Part shown: positions 37,166-46,500 of the stretch, piece after piece
How positions within the stretch are numbered: the first letter of the stretch is position 1
How the letters are laid out: each line of letters begins with the position of its first letter
Origin: a virus
DNA: 64,000 bases
Direction: 5' to 3' (one strand)
IMG/VR virus record: IMGVR_UViG_3300048883_000431
Span: 1-64,000 of that record
Notes under the pieces: model-generated
Database searches by the model: none
Told to the model about the DNA's origin: nothing
The model's input: the letters and a program-made list of their open reading frames with translations, nothing else
Position numbers and translations under genes: made by a program

Positions 37166-38092
37166 ATGCCGGTAGTTTCAGGGAACCTGACATCCACTGT
37201 ACGTGTGAAGGAGGTGATGGACCTACAGTCCTCCGACACGCGCGACGACGCGATCATACACTCGCTCATCAACAGTGCCTCCGCGCTCGTTTCCTCCTAT
37301 TGCAAGCGCGACTTCAAGTACGGTAGTGTCACCGAGCGCATCGACGGGCTTGGCGACTGCTACATACTCACGGACAAGTACCCGATCATCGCGGTGACCA
37401 CGCTGCACATCGACAGCCTGCGCACGTTTGGTGCCACGTCGCTGCAGACCGAGGATACCCATTACTACGTTGAGGCGGCTACGGGCAAGATCAGGGGATT
37501 GACCTCGGGTGTGTTCACATGGGGGGTCGCGAACATCCAGGTCGTATACACCCACGGACCCGCCGCGTACAAGATGAGCGCATCTAACAACACCCTAGCC
37601 TTCGTCGAGAACGGCACCAGCAGGACCGCCACGGTCGCCGTGGGCGATTACAATGCAGTATCCTTCGCCACTGCCCTGCAGACCGCCATGGACGCCGTAA
37701 GCGGCGGCGATACGAACTACACGGTCACCTACGACGTGACCGGCGAGACCTTCACCATCACGATGGCCGGGACGTCAGTGAGCGAGCTCCAGCTAAACTG
37801 GACGACCAGCACGTACATGGCGACGCTCATGGGCTTCGATACCGGGGCGAACGACACTGGGGCGACCACCTACATCAGCGACGAGCCGAGCCCAGGCGTC
37901 ATCACCGGGATCGAGGAGGCCACGCGTGACTTGGTGCAGTACTGGTCGCGGTTGGTCTACGAGCGCGACTGGGGTGTGCGTCGTCGCGAGGTTCGGGAGA
38001 CGGTGACGATGTTCGAGATCACCGACATCCCGCCGCTTATTAGGCTCCAGCTTGACCTACACGTCAGGCGTTACGTGAGGACGACCTACTAA
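37166..38092 (+). CDS. Head-tail adaptor (gp6/gp15-like) with large beta-rich insertion
   Basis: VKEVM...DDAII.SLI.SAS..V..YCKRDF N-terminus; IPPLIRLQL C-terminus; TATACT at 37129-37134. Confidence 0.75.
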   Translation: MPVVSGNLTSTVRVKEVMDLQSSDTRDDAIIHSLINSASALVSSYCKRDFKYGSVTERIDGLGDCYILTDKYPIIAVTTLHIDSLRTFGATSLQTEDTHYYVEAATGKIRGLTSGVFTWGVANIQVVYTHGPAAYKMSASNNTLAFVENGTSRTATVAVGDYNAVSFATALQTAMDAVSGGDTNYTVTYDVTGETFTITMAGTSVSELQLNWTTSTYMATLMGFDTGANDTGATTYISDEPSPGVITGIEEATRDLVQYWSRLVYERDWGVRRREVRETVTMFEITDIPPLIRLQLDLHVRRYVRTTY

Positions 38093-39048
38093 TGGCGACC
38101 CGTAGACGGCGTAGTTTTGGTGCTGCAGGACAGGGTATCCGCCGTCCGTTGAAGGTCACGACGGCGGTGACCGGCCCCCTCTCCGACCGTAGCCGCACCA
38201 AGGACTTCGTGCGAGAGTTCGAGAGGGTTCTCGCTCGCGAGCTGCGGCCCATCGCCATCAAGCACGGCGAATCCGTCGCGCAGCGCGCGTTGGACAACGC
38301 CAGCAACCGTGGTCGCGGACCCGGCAATCTGAGGCACCACCGCCCCATCGGACTCAAGAAGAACTTCCGGGTCGCTGTCGCCAAGCGGGCGGAGATGGAG
38401 CGCCAGCTCAGGACCGCAAACACGAGCGCCCCAGGCATGTTTGAGGTGCAGTTCAACTCCTCCAACTCCCTCGTCAACTGGATGGCGGAGATGCTGGAGG
38501 GCAAGAACGACCGGGTCAAGGGCAACATCGAGCGCCCAGGCTACGGTAAGCAGCCCAAGGTGACCCTGAAGCCCACCAAGGCTAAGAACTTCCTGATCCC
38601 CAACATGCGCGCGAAGTTCGGCGGGGCTGCCACACGCCTCCTTACGGACATCGCTGCGCGCGACTCCCGCGATCCCAAGCGCCGGTATGTCAGCTTCCGA
38701 AGCCGCAGCGGGCGTAGGCGTCTCACGGACCAGCGCCCGACCGGCGGGTTCCGGTGGTTCGTAGCGGGCGGGAAACTGAGCGCCAGGCTCCGCATCCCCA
38801 AGGGCATCTACCTGTCGCCGACGCGCCGGAGATCAGGTAGGGACACCAAGCTCATCTTGGCCTACTACCTCAAGCCCGAGGTAAAGGTGCGTCCCAACGC
38901 ATGGTTCAGCAGCGCGCTCAACGACTGGTTCGTCGGTCGGGGCGGGCGGAACACCTTCGCGTCCATGAGCAGCGAGATTGAGGTGGCAACGGAGAAGGCG
39001 TGGGAAGAGGCATTCGCGACCAAGACGACCGAGAAGAAGGGAAGCTAA
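38092..39048 (+). CDS. Putative neck/tail-completion protein (very basic)
   Basis: Synteny; Arg/Lys-rich, VRPNAWFSSAL. Confidence 0.5.
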   Translation: MATRRRRSFGAAGQGIRRPLKVTTAVTGPLSDRSRTKDFVREFERVLARELRPIAIKHGESVAQRALDNASNRGRGPGNLRHHRPIGLKKNFRVAVAKRAEMERQLRTANTSAPGMFEVQFNSSNSLVNWMAEMLEGKNDRVKGNIERPGYGKQPKVTLKPTKAKNFLIPNMRAKFGGAATRLLTDIAARDSRDPKRRYVSFRSRSGRRRLTDQRPTGGFRWFVAGGKLSARLRIPKGIYLSPTRRRSGRDTKLILAYYLKPEVKVRPNAWFSSALNDWFVGRGGRNTFASMSSEIEVATEKAWEEAFATKTTEKKGS

Positions 39049-39049
39049 C

Positions 39050-39532
39050 ATGGGCGTGAGAGCCTTTGCTTACGACTTGGTGCAGGCGCAGTTGGTGACT
39101 ATCCTAACAGCGGATGGATTCTCCCAGGACATCACCACGGACAACATCGAGGAATACCAGGCGGGCAACCACCGTCGCAGTCGAAGCCACTACCCGCTCA
39201 TCGAGATCTCCTACGTAGGCGAGGACCTGCAGCGCGCGGACGACCAGCAGGACAATGTCTCGATGGTGTTCGTGATCCGACTCGCCCTCCGTAACGACAC
39301 GCATCAGAATCTCCTAGAGTTCATAGATGACGCGGTCCAGGTCCTTACGACCATGGAGGCGATGCCGTCTGGCTACGAATCCCTAACGGATGTGGAAGTA
39401 CACACCGCGCGTGTAACCAGTGTGGACGTGCCCACCGACACCGATGAGAACGTCGACAGCGTGCAGGAGTGTGAGGTCAGCCTGGAGATCGGTGTCCACT
39501 ACACCTTCCAGAGACACGGCTCCGAGCAGTAA
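39050..39532 (+). CDS. Putative tail terminator
   Basis: Acidic 160 aa, YPLIEI, upstream of tail tube. Confidence 0.55.
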   Translation: MGVRAFAYDLVQAQLVTILTADGFSQDITTDNIEEYQAGNHRRSRSHYPLIEISYVGEDLQRADDQQDNVSMVFVIRLALRNDTHQNLLEFIDDAVQVLTTMEAMPSGYESLTDVEVHTARVTSVDVPTDTDENVDSVQECEVSLEIGVHYTFQRHGSEQ

Positions 39533-39588
39533 GCCACGACAGGCTATACTGGTCTGAAGGATTAACGGACAACGCCAAGGAGAGACCA

Positions 39589-40416
39589 ATGGCGAGAGCA
39601 GCGCTCCCTTACGTTGGTGGTGGCGGGGACTTCACGCCCCACCACTCCATCAGCATTCCCGCAGCGATTTACCTCAAGAAGCACAACCTGACTGCGGCCT
39701 CCGGTAACGCCGTCCCTGACCCAGGAACCCTCAACAACAACGCTGAGTCCTCGGCCGACGCGATCCTGTTCGGATCGGTCACGGCCCTAGCCAACTCGGG
39801 GCTTATGGACGAGCCGTTTGACTACGACCTTACCGGCGCGAGCGGTACCGACGTCAACGCCTCCGCTTTGCCCGGCAACGCGACGGCGTGCATCGGCATG
39901 ACGTCCGGTGGCGTCCGACTCCGTAAGGAGCAGGACACGGTCGTATACAACTCGGACCAGTTGCGTGGTAACTTCGACGAAGACGCCACGAGTAACCTCT
40001 GGGCCATCGACTGCTCCATGCAGGAGATGAATCTCTACAACCTCGCCCTGGCGTGGGGACGAAGCGTTGCCGCCGTGGGCAGCTCGTCCATCATGCTGAT
40101 GAAGGCCGGGGACCAGGAGTTCCACTCCCTCTCCATGGTGACGAAGGCACCGCAGGCGAGCTTCGAGAGCTCGGTGGGCGCGTACCGCCGTGGCACGCGT
40201 GTCTACTCGTTCTTCAAGGTCAAGGCGTGGGCGAACGGGGAAATCCCCCACACCCGCGACGATGTCCAGTCCATCCCGGTTACGTTTATGACGTACTGCG
40301 ATGGTAACGAGAACTGGGGCGTGCTGTTCGACTCGTACCACGATTACAGCCCCTCCGGCAGCGGCCACGCAGCCCAAGCCATCGTCCCGACCATCTACAA
40401 CGATGCCGTGGCGTAA
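39589..40416 (+). CDS. Major tail tube protein
   Basis: IGMTSGGV.L, beta-rich, own TATACT (39545-39550) and downstream terminator. Confidence 0.7.
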   Translation: MARAALPYVGGGGDFTPHHSISIPAAIYLKKHNLTAASGNAVPDPGTLNNNAESSADAILFGSVTALANSGLMDEPFDYDLTGASGTDVNASALPGNATACIGMTSGGVRLRKEQDTVVYNSDQLRGNFDEDATSNLWAIDCSMQEMNLYNLALAWGRSVAAVGSSSIMLMKAGDQEFHSLSMVTKAPQASFESSVGAYRRGTRVYSFFKVKAWANGEIPHTRDDVQSIPVTFMTYCDGNENWGVLFDSYHDYSPSGSGHAAQAIVPTIYNDAVA

Positions 40417-40443
40417 GCACCGGGCTGCGTCAACACCCGAGAG

Positions 40444-40468
40444 GAGCCCAGCGAGAGCTGGGCTTTTC
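40444..40468 (+). terminator. Rho-independent terminator
   Basis: AGCCCAGC-GAGA-GCTGGGCT-TTT. Confidence 0.8.
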
Positions 40469-40470
40469 CC

Positions 40471-40500
40471 TTGCCCACCCCCTCCGTATGGTGATATACT
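40471..40500 (+). promoter_or_regulatory. Sigma70-type promoter of glycan cassette 2
   Basis: TTGCCC-18 bp-TATACT with TG extension. Confidence 0.65.
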
Positions 40501-40518
40501 CCCATCGGAGGCGTCTAC

Positions 40519-41649
40519 ATGGCTACTATCTTCTTTGCGAGCGACTGGCTCAAGCGTGTCCTACTTCCACCGGAGGGCACGACTTGGCACGACACACCAC
40601 AGACCGGCTACGGGAATCTCCGAAGCATGGTGCGTAAATGGGCCGACCTTCGCGGGCACACGCTTACCACCGCCCCGGAGGATGCCGACATGGAGATTCT
40701 CGTGGGCGATCCAGGAACTAAGCCTGACCCCCACATGTGGCCGTCTGCCGCCCTCACCATGTTCGAGCAGTCCAGAACCCCCGCCAAGTGGTCGCAGGCA
40801 CTGTCCGGCTGGACCTATGTCCTGCTTCCGTCGACGTGGTGCGTGTCGTGCTTCAAGGAGCAGTTCCATGAGCTAGGGTACTCGGAGGCCGCCGACCGAG
40901 TTCGGCATATACCACTCGGGTTCGTGCCTGAGAACTTCCCCTACGTCGAACGCCCGAGCCGTGACACGTGGACAATCATCGCGCAGGGGGTGGAGCTTCG
41001 GGACCGCAAGGGACTGGAGCACTTCCACGGCATCTTCTCGACTCCGGGGACGTATCCACTCCCAAACGATCTCCGAATCGTAATCAAAATCCTCCCGGTC
41101 GCGGGTGACGGTGTCGTTGTGGACCCCTACCTCTTCGAGTTGGGGAGACTTACGATTAACGCGCGAGTTCTTCCATCGGACGAGTTCCAGACGCTTCTAG
41201 GCAACTGCGACTACTCGGTCAACCCCACCGCCGGGGAGGGGTTCGGACTAATCCCCGTGGAGCACATGTCTACCGGGATGGGGGTATCCGTAACACACTG
41301 GTCGGGGGTGATGGACTATGTTAGGGATGACCTGTTCCGCCCCATTGACTTTAGTCTAGGGCAGGGGCAACTTCCTGGGGCGATGGTGGCAGTCCCCCAC
41401 ATCGACTCGGTCTACGAGAACATCATGTGGAGCTACGAGAACCAGGACGAGGCGCGTCGTCGCGGACGCGTAGGGAGCGACTACGTCAGGGACAACTGGA
41501 CGGTCGAGAGAATGTACACCGCCCTGGATGATCTCGTCACGGACATGCTGCCAATTGACCGGGAGATGAACACACGACGTCGCCCGGTAAGGCACCGCTC
41601 GGACGACGGACTTACTATCCACGAGGACGGAAGGGTTGAGCGCGTATGA
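40519..41649 (+). CDS. Glycosyltransferase, GT4-like (GT-B)
   Basis: TGYG, PSTWC, DRKG, PTAGEGFGLIPVEHMSTG. Confidence 0.88.
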   Translation: MATIFFASDWLKRVLLPPEGTTWHDTPQTGYGNLRSMVRKWADLRGHTLTTAPEDADMEILVGDPGTKPDPHMWPSAALTMFEQSRTPAKWSQALSGWTYVLLPSTWCVSCFKEQFHELGYSEAADRVRHIPLGFVPENFPYVERPSRDTWTIIAQGVELRDRKGLEHFHGIFSTPGTYPLPNDLRIVIKILPVAGDGVVVDPYLFELGRLTINARVLPSDEFQTLLGNCDYSVNPTAGEGFGLIPVEHMSTGMGVSVTHWSGVMDYVRDDLFRPIDFSLGQGQLPGAMVAVPHIDSVYENIMWSYENQDEARRRGRVGSDYVRDNWTVERMYTALDDLVTDMLPIDREMNTRRRPVRHRSDDGLTIHEDGRVERV

Positions 41650-42644
41650 TCCGACTAGAGCCAGAGTACCCTGACTACGAGGTCATCGTGCCGACCTTCG
41701 AGCGCCCCAAGATGCTCGATGCTTTCCTCGGGCAGGTGCGGCACTGCAACGCCCACAAGCCCCCCAAGCGAGTCATCGTGGTGGACGACGGCTCTTCGCC
41801 GGAGACCGTCGAGAGTACCAAGCGCCTTCGGTCCAAGCACAGCGACGCGGCAATGCGTGTTGCACTCGTCCTACGCGAGGAGCAGGGTGGGTACCAGGCC
41901 GCAACGCGTGACGGACTTTCCCACGTGGAGACCAAGTACGCCGTGGTGTGCGCCGACGATGTTCGTCTGGGGCAGGAGACTAGTCCCGGCGTGTTCTCCT
42001 GCCCGTCGGACCCCAACCCATTCGTAACGCTTGTCTACTACCTGGCGGGCGCGGAGCGCGTCCGAAGCAACATACAGAATGCGGAGGAGGAGGCACGCGT
42101 CCCCTACCCGGTGGGCGTGGTTATCCCTTGGGGGGTGAAGTTGGAGACCCCAGGCACGGTGAGCGCGTCCAATCGGGAGATGTGGTCGCTAAGTGCGGGC
42201 ATCCTCCCACTGGTTACGGACCAGAAGAGTGGTTTTGGCCTCGACGCGCTTGTAGGTGTGGAGGAGCTTGCGTTCTACGAGGGGTCAGTTGGCGCGCACT
42301 ACTGCTTCGCGCTCGACATGAACTACTACCGGTCTCTCGGTGGATTAGACCCGGAGCTCGACGGTCCCAACATGTACTCATTTTGGGACTATACTCTGCG
42401 CGCGAGGAATACAGGGGTTGCGACCTACTTTACGAACCGTGCGGTCTACATGCACCGCACCCAGCCGTACACCAAGCACCGTGCGTCGCTCGCGAACACG
42501 GTTCTCCACGGCAAAACGTCCATACGAACCGGGGAGCTTCTCCTTTCCCGGTGGGAGCGCTATTCGATTGCGGGCCTCAACCGGCCGATAAACCCGCCAC
42601 ACACAGACTTCACGGGGATGATGAACAATGCCTGGAGTGGATGA
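41646..42644 (+). CDS. Glycosyltransferase family 2 (GT-A)
   Basis: VIVPTFER, VIVVDDGS, CADD, GGLD, DYTLRA. Confidence 0.85.
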   Translation: MIRLEPEYPDYEVIVPTFERPKMLDAFLGQVRHCNAHKPPKRVIVVDDGSSPETVESTKRLRSKHSDAAMRVALVLREEQGGYQAATRDGLSHVETKYAVVCADDVRLGQETSPGVFSCPSDPNPFVTLVYYLAGAERVRSNIQNAEEEARVPYPVGVVIPWGVKLETPGTVSASNREMWSLSAGILPLVTDQKSGFGLDALVGVEELAFYEGSVGAHYCFALDMNYYRSLGGLDPELDGPNMYSFWDYTLRARNTGVATYFTNRAVYMHRTQPYTKHRASLANTVLHGKTSIRTGELLLSRWERYSIAGLNRPINPPHTDFTGMMNNAWSG

Positions 42645-43227
42645 CAAAACGGACGCGCCGATTCTGATTGAGGACGACGTGGCGGACACCGCGCCCGTTG
42701 GCGCGAACGACGAACAGCTGGGGCCGGGGATCGACGCGGGAATGCCCACGGACGAAGAGACGGCCGCGCGCGTGCGTAACGCCGGGCTGGTGGACCTGAC
42801 GCAGTCCTTCAACGAGCGCGTGGCGAACGTCCCGCGCGAGTACGAGGTGGGCGGTAAGACCGTCTACATCCACAGCAAGCCTATAGGCGACATCATCCGC
42901 ATCGACGCCGAGGTGATCCGGCTCCAGAAACTGGTCAACACCACGGTGTCAACAGCGGAGGACAACGAGCGACTGGCGGCCGACCCCGACTACCTCGCCG
43001 AGATGTACGACCGCCTCTCCGAGCGCCAGACCCAGATCTGGAATCTCGTCCGCAAGATTATCTGCGGAATTGCCAACGGCCCCGACACGCCGAAGGTCGA
43101 CAAACTCACGCCCACAGACGCGGATCGCATGACGATGGATCAGGCTAACGAAATCATCGAGGCCTACATCCACTATAATGATATTGAGGGTCTGTTAAAA
43201 AACGTGACGGGGGCGAGGAGCTTCTAA
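42628..43227 (+). CDS. Tail assembly chaperone (gpG-like)
   Basis: Upstream of TMP; ends with slippery A-AAA-AAC. Confidence 0.75.
   Translation: MPGVDDKTDAPILIEDDVADTAPVGANDEQLGPGIDAGMPTDEETAARVRNAGLVDLTQSFNERVANVPREYEVGGKTVYIHSKPIGDIIRIDAEVIRLQKLVNTTVSTAEDNERLAADPDYLAEMYDRLSERQTQIWNLVRKIICGIANGPDTPKVDKLTPTDADRMTMDQANEIIEAYIHYNDIEGLLKNVTGARSF
43197..43203 (+). promoter_or_regulatory. -1 programmed ribosomal frameshift site
   Basis: A AAA AAC in frame; -1 frame is open and joins 43269..43523. Confidence 0.85.
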
Positions 43228-43268
43228 GCAAACCTTCGCCCGGCAACCGTAAGTACGATCCGTCGTTC

Positions 43269-43523
43269 ATGGTGACGCAGATCGCGAACATCATGGACTG
43301 GCAGCCCTTCTCGTGGCAGACGATCCTGGATGAGTGGCCGTATGCCTCCCTCCAGCTCATCATGTCGCGTGTCGCAGAGAACGTCCGCAAGCAGAACACC
43401 AAGCCTGGTGATCCGGGGTTCACGAGCCTCGACACCAGCAAGTCCGCGTCGCCCGGACAGGTGATGGCTGACCTTGAGGAGCGTGCGATGGTCGCGAATC
43501 CCAACAGCATGGACGAGGGGTAA
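43269..43523 (+). CDS. Tail assembly chaperone frameshift extension (gpT-like)
   Basis: Reached by -1 shift at 43197-43203 (RDGGEELLSKPSPGNRKYDPSFMVTQ...). Confidence 0.75.
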   Translation: MVTQIANIMDWQPFSWQTILDEWPYASLQLIMSRVAENVRKQNTKPGDPGFTSLDTSKSASPGQVMADLEERAMVANPNSMDEG

Positions 43524-43526
43524 GCC

Positions 43527-46500
43527 ATGGCGCTAGTCCGCATTGCCATTCAGGCCCACTCGACCGGCTTCGACAAGGCCGCCCGGGACGTCAACCGGGC
43601 GGTCACTGATGCTGAGAACGCTCTCACACAGCACGCTCAGGGTGCCCTTGCGAACCTGGAGCGCCAGGCCGACAATGCGCTCATCGCGGTTCGCGGCGTC
43701 ACCGCCAAAATCTCCCAGGAAGGCAAGATCGAGGACCTCCCCAGGGCCTTTGAAGAGGCCACGAGGACGTTCAAGGACTTCGCGGAAGCGAGCCGTGGCG
43801 GTGTCCAGAACCTGAAGCTGATGAAGCAGACGATCAACGGCATCACCTTCGAGTTCGATGCCATGGCGAATGCTGCCGAGAACGTCGGACGCACGTTCAC
43901 CGCCGCCGGTCAGAAGGCCGTCGACCAGGCACGCGACCAGCTTGAGCTCGAAGAGAAGATCATCCGGGCCAGGGAGCGCTCGGCGCAGGCGTTCACCGCC
44001 TCACGCGCGCAGATCGACCGGGCGGGCGGCGTCCTTGCCAGTGACATGGGCCAGCAGGCGGCCATCAACGATCCCGCCGTCCAGGCCGCGCGTATCGCCT
44101 CGGGACAGGCGCGTGCGCGTCAGACCACCGCAGCGGATGCGCTCGCCGTCGGTCAAGGAACCATCGGCAGGGGGGAGCACGTCGCGGATGTACGGAAGGA
44201 GATTCGGGTACAGACCGAGCTCAACCGGAAGATGGCGAAGGCCCTCGCTCTCCAGGAGCAGCTCAACGACGCGTTCAACTTCGGGAACCGCACCGCCGCG
44301 ACCCGCGCAAAGACCAAGGCGCTCAACAAGCAGAACGTCGAGCTACGTGAAGGACAGGATCGTGTGGTGGCGCTTCGGAAGGCGGTCGTCAGCCTCGACC
44401 GTGTGCTGGAGGAGGGGGACACCGAGGTAGACGCCCTCACCCACAGCATGGAGTTCCTTACGGCCGAGTCGGGAAAGGCCGCCAAGAAGCTGGCGTCGCT
44501 CCAGATCGCACTGGACCGTCTGAATGTAAAGGGCGGGGGGTCGAAGGTAGACCGGCAGGCGCTGAAGGAGAAGATCGAAGAGCAGCAGGCTCTCCTCCGG
44601 TCGATTGAGAAGGTGCGTCGGACTGGACTGGGCGGGAGCATTCCGGGGCCTGGCGCGCGTCCCTTCGGCGACCTTGAGTCCAAGAGCCTCCGGGAGCTCC
44701 AGGTCGAGATCGACAAGCTCGACAAGAAGAACCAGAAGGCCGCCGATAGCACGCAGGAACTCAGGACTGAGATTCACGAGCTTCGCGGGGAGGAGCTGGA
44801 GAAGGCCGACGAGGCCGTTCGTGTGCTGGACCGTCGGCTGACGGACGTGGCCGAGACGATTGAGACCAAGGACGTCACCGCGCTCAGGAAGCTCGAACTC
44901 GCACTCGAACGGTCGTCCAAGGAATTCGACGATCTCAGGATCAAGGCTGACAAGGCCGAGGACAAGCTGCGCATCGCGCTCGAAGCGGGTATCGAGGAGC
45001 CCGCGCGCCAGGCGGAGAAGGAACTCAAGGACCTGGAGAAGCAGCTCGACAGGGTGACGACTGCGGGGGAGCGCACCACGCGTGAGATGCGCGAGCTTGC
45101 GTTGTCGACCATCCGCTCCGGCGGTGACGTATCGAACATCGACGCGCCCGGCTTTCGGAAGGAGGGAACGGGCGGTGGGCGTGGGGGCGGTGGGCGTGCC
45201 CAGCGTGGTACCGTAGACTTCACCGACGTCAAGAGGGAGGTGGATAAGAAGAACCCCTTCGGCGGGTTCTCCCGATTCGGTTCCAAGGTCCTCATCATCA
45301 CCGGGCTGGTGTACACCGCGCTCGGTCTCGCGCAGGCCGCCTTCCGTGGGTTCACGTTCGCGGCTAACTCCGTGGCTAAGGCGGAACGATTCAGCGACAC
45401 CCTGAACACCTACATCAATCTTTCGGAGGAGTCCGGGACCGGACTCGAATCCCTCGGGCGCGTGTTCAACGCACTGGGCGGTACCGTCGACCGCTTCTCG
45501 GTAGTCACGGCGGCCGCGAAGGCGCGCATGTCGGGACTGGCCGAGGAGACCATCCCGCAGATCGCGCAGGCGGCGCGTATCCTGTCGCGCGCGGTGGGTG
45601 TTGAGGTGACCGAGGCGTTTGACCGCCTGTCACGTGGTATCGCGAAGCAGGAAGTTGAGATTCTCGACGAACTCGGGATCATCGTGCGCCTGAACGACGC
45701 CCTGGAGAAGTGGGCGTTGAAGAACGGACGCACCGTGGAGAGCCTGAGCGCGCAGGAGCGACAGGTCGCCTTCGCGAACGAGGTGCTTGGTGTTCTTGCC
45801 GCACGGTACGCCCAGATCGGCACGCAGATGACCCGGACGTCCGACAAGCTGGACATCTTCAAGGCGCGCTGGGCCGACCTCAGCATCACGATGTCCCACG
45901 GACTGCGTGGCTGGGCCGCCGTTGGGCTTGGGCTCGGGAACTTCGCCGCGAACATCCTTGAGGGCGTCTTCCCGGCCACGCTGAAGATGAAGACCCGGAT
46001 GGAGCTACTGGATTCGGTTGTCCAGAACTTCGGGACGAGTCTAGAGGGTGTGATGGGGCGTAGGGGTACCATCGCGGACGCCATCGCCCAGATCGAGCTG
46101 ATGTCCGCCGGTATTCGTGCGGCGTCTCCTGGGAGCCTCCTCTATCAGGAGCGTCTTGACGAGATGAACCGTGTGCTCGGTAAGATGGTGGTCACGTTCC
46201 CCGAGCTCAACACCGTGATCCGAAGCACGAACTTCCTGCTCAAGGGAAGCACCGACGAGCTACGCAACTCCTTGATCGTCCTTCAGTCCGAGTTCGAGGT
46301 TCTGAGGAAGGCGTCGAATGAGAAGCGCGGCAAGGCGTTCGCCTCCCTGCAGCTTGAGATCGTAATTCTTACCGAGCAGCTCCAGGGCGCAATCGAGAAA
46401 AGAGACGATCTTTTCTTATCAGCCCCATTTGAGTTCAAGGCCATGGCGAAGGCCCGCAACGAGGTAGCCCTCCTGACGAACGAGCTCTCGTCGCTCCAGG

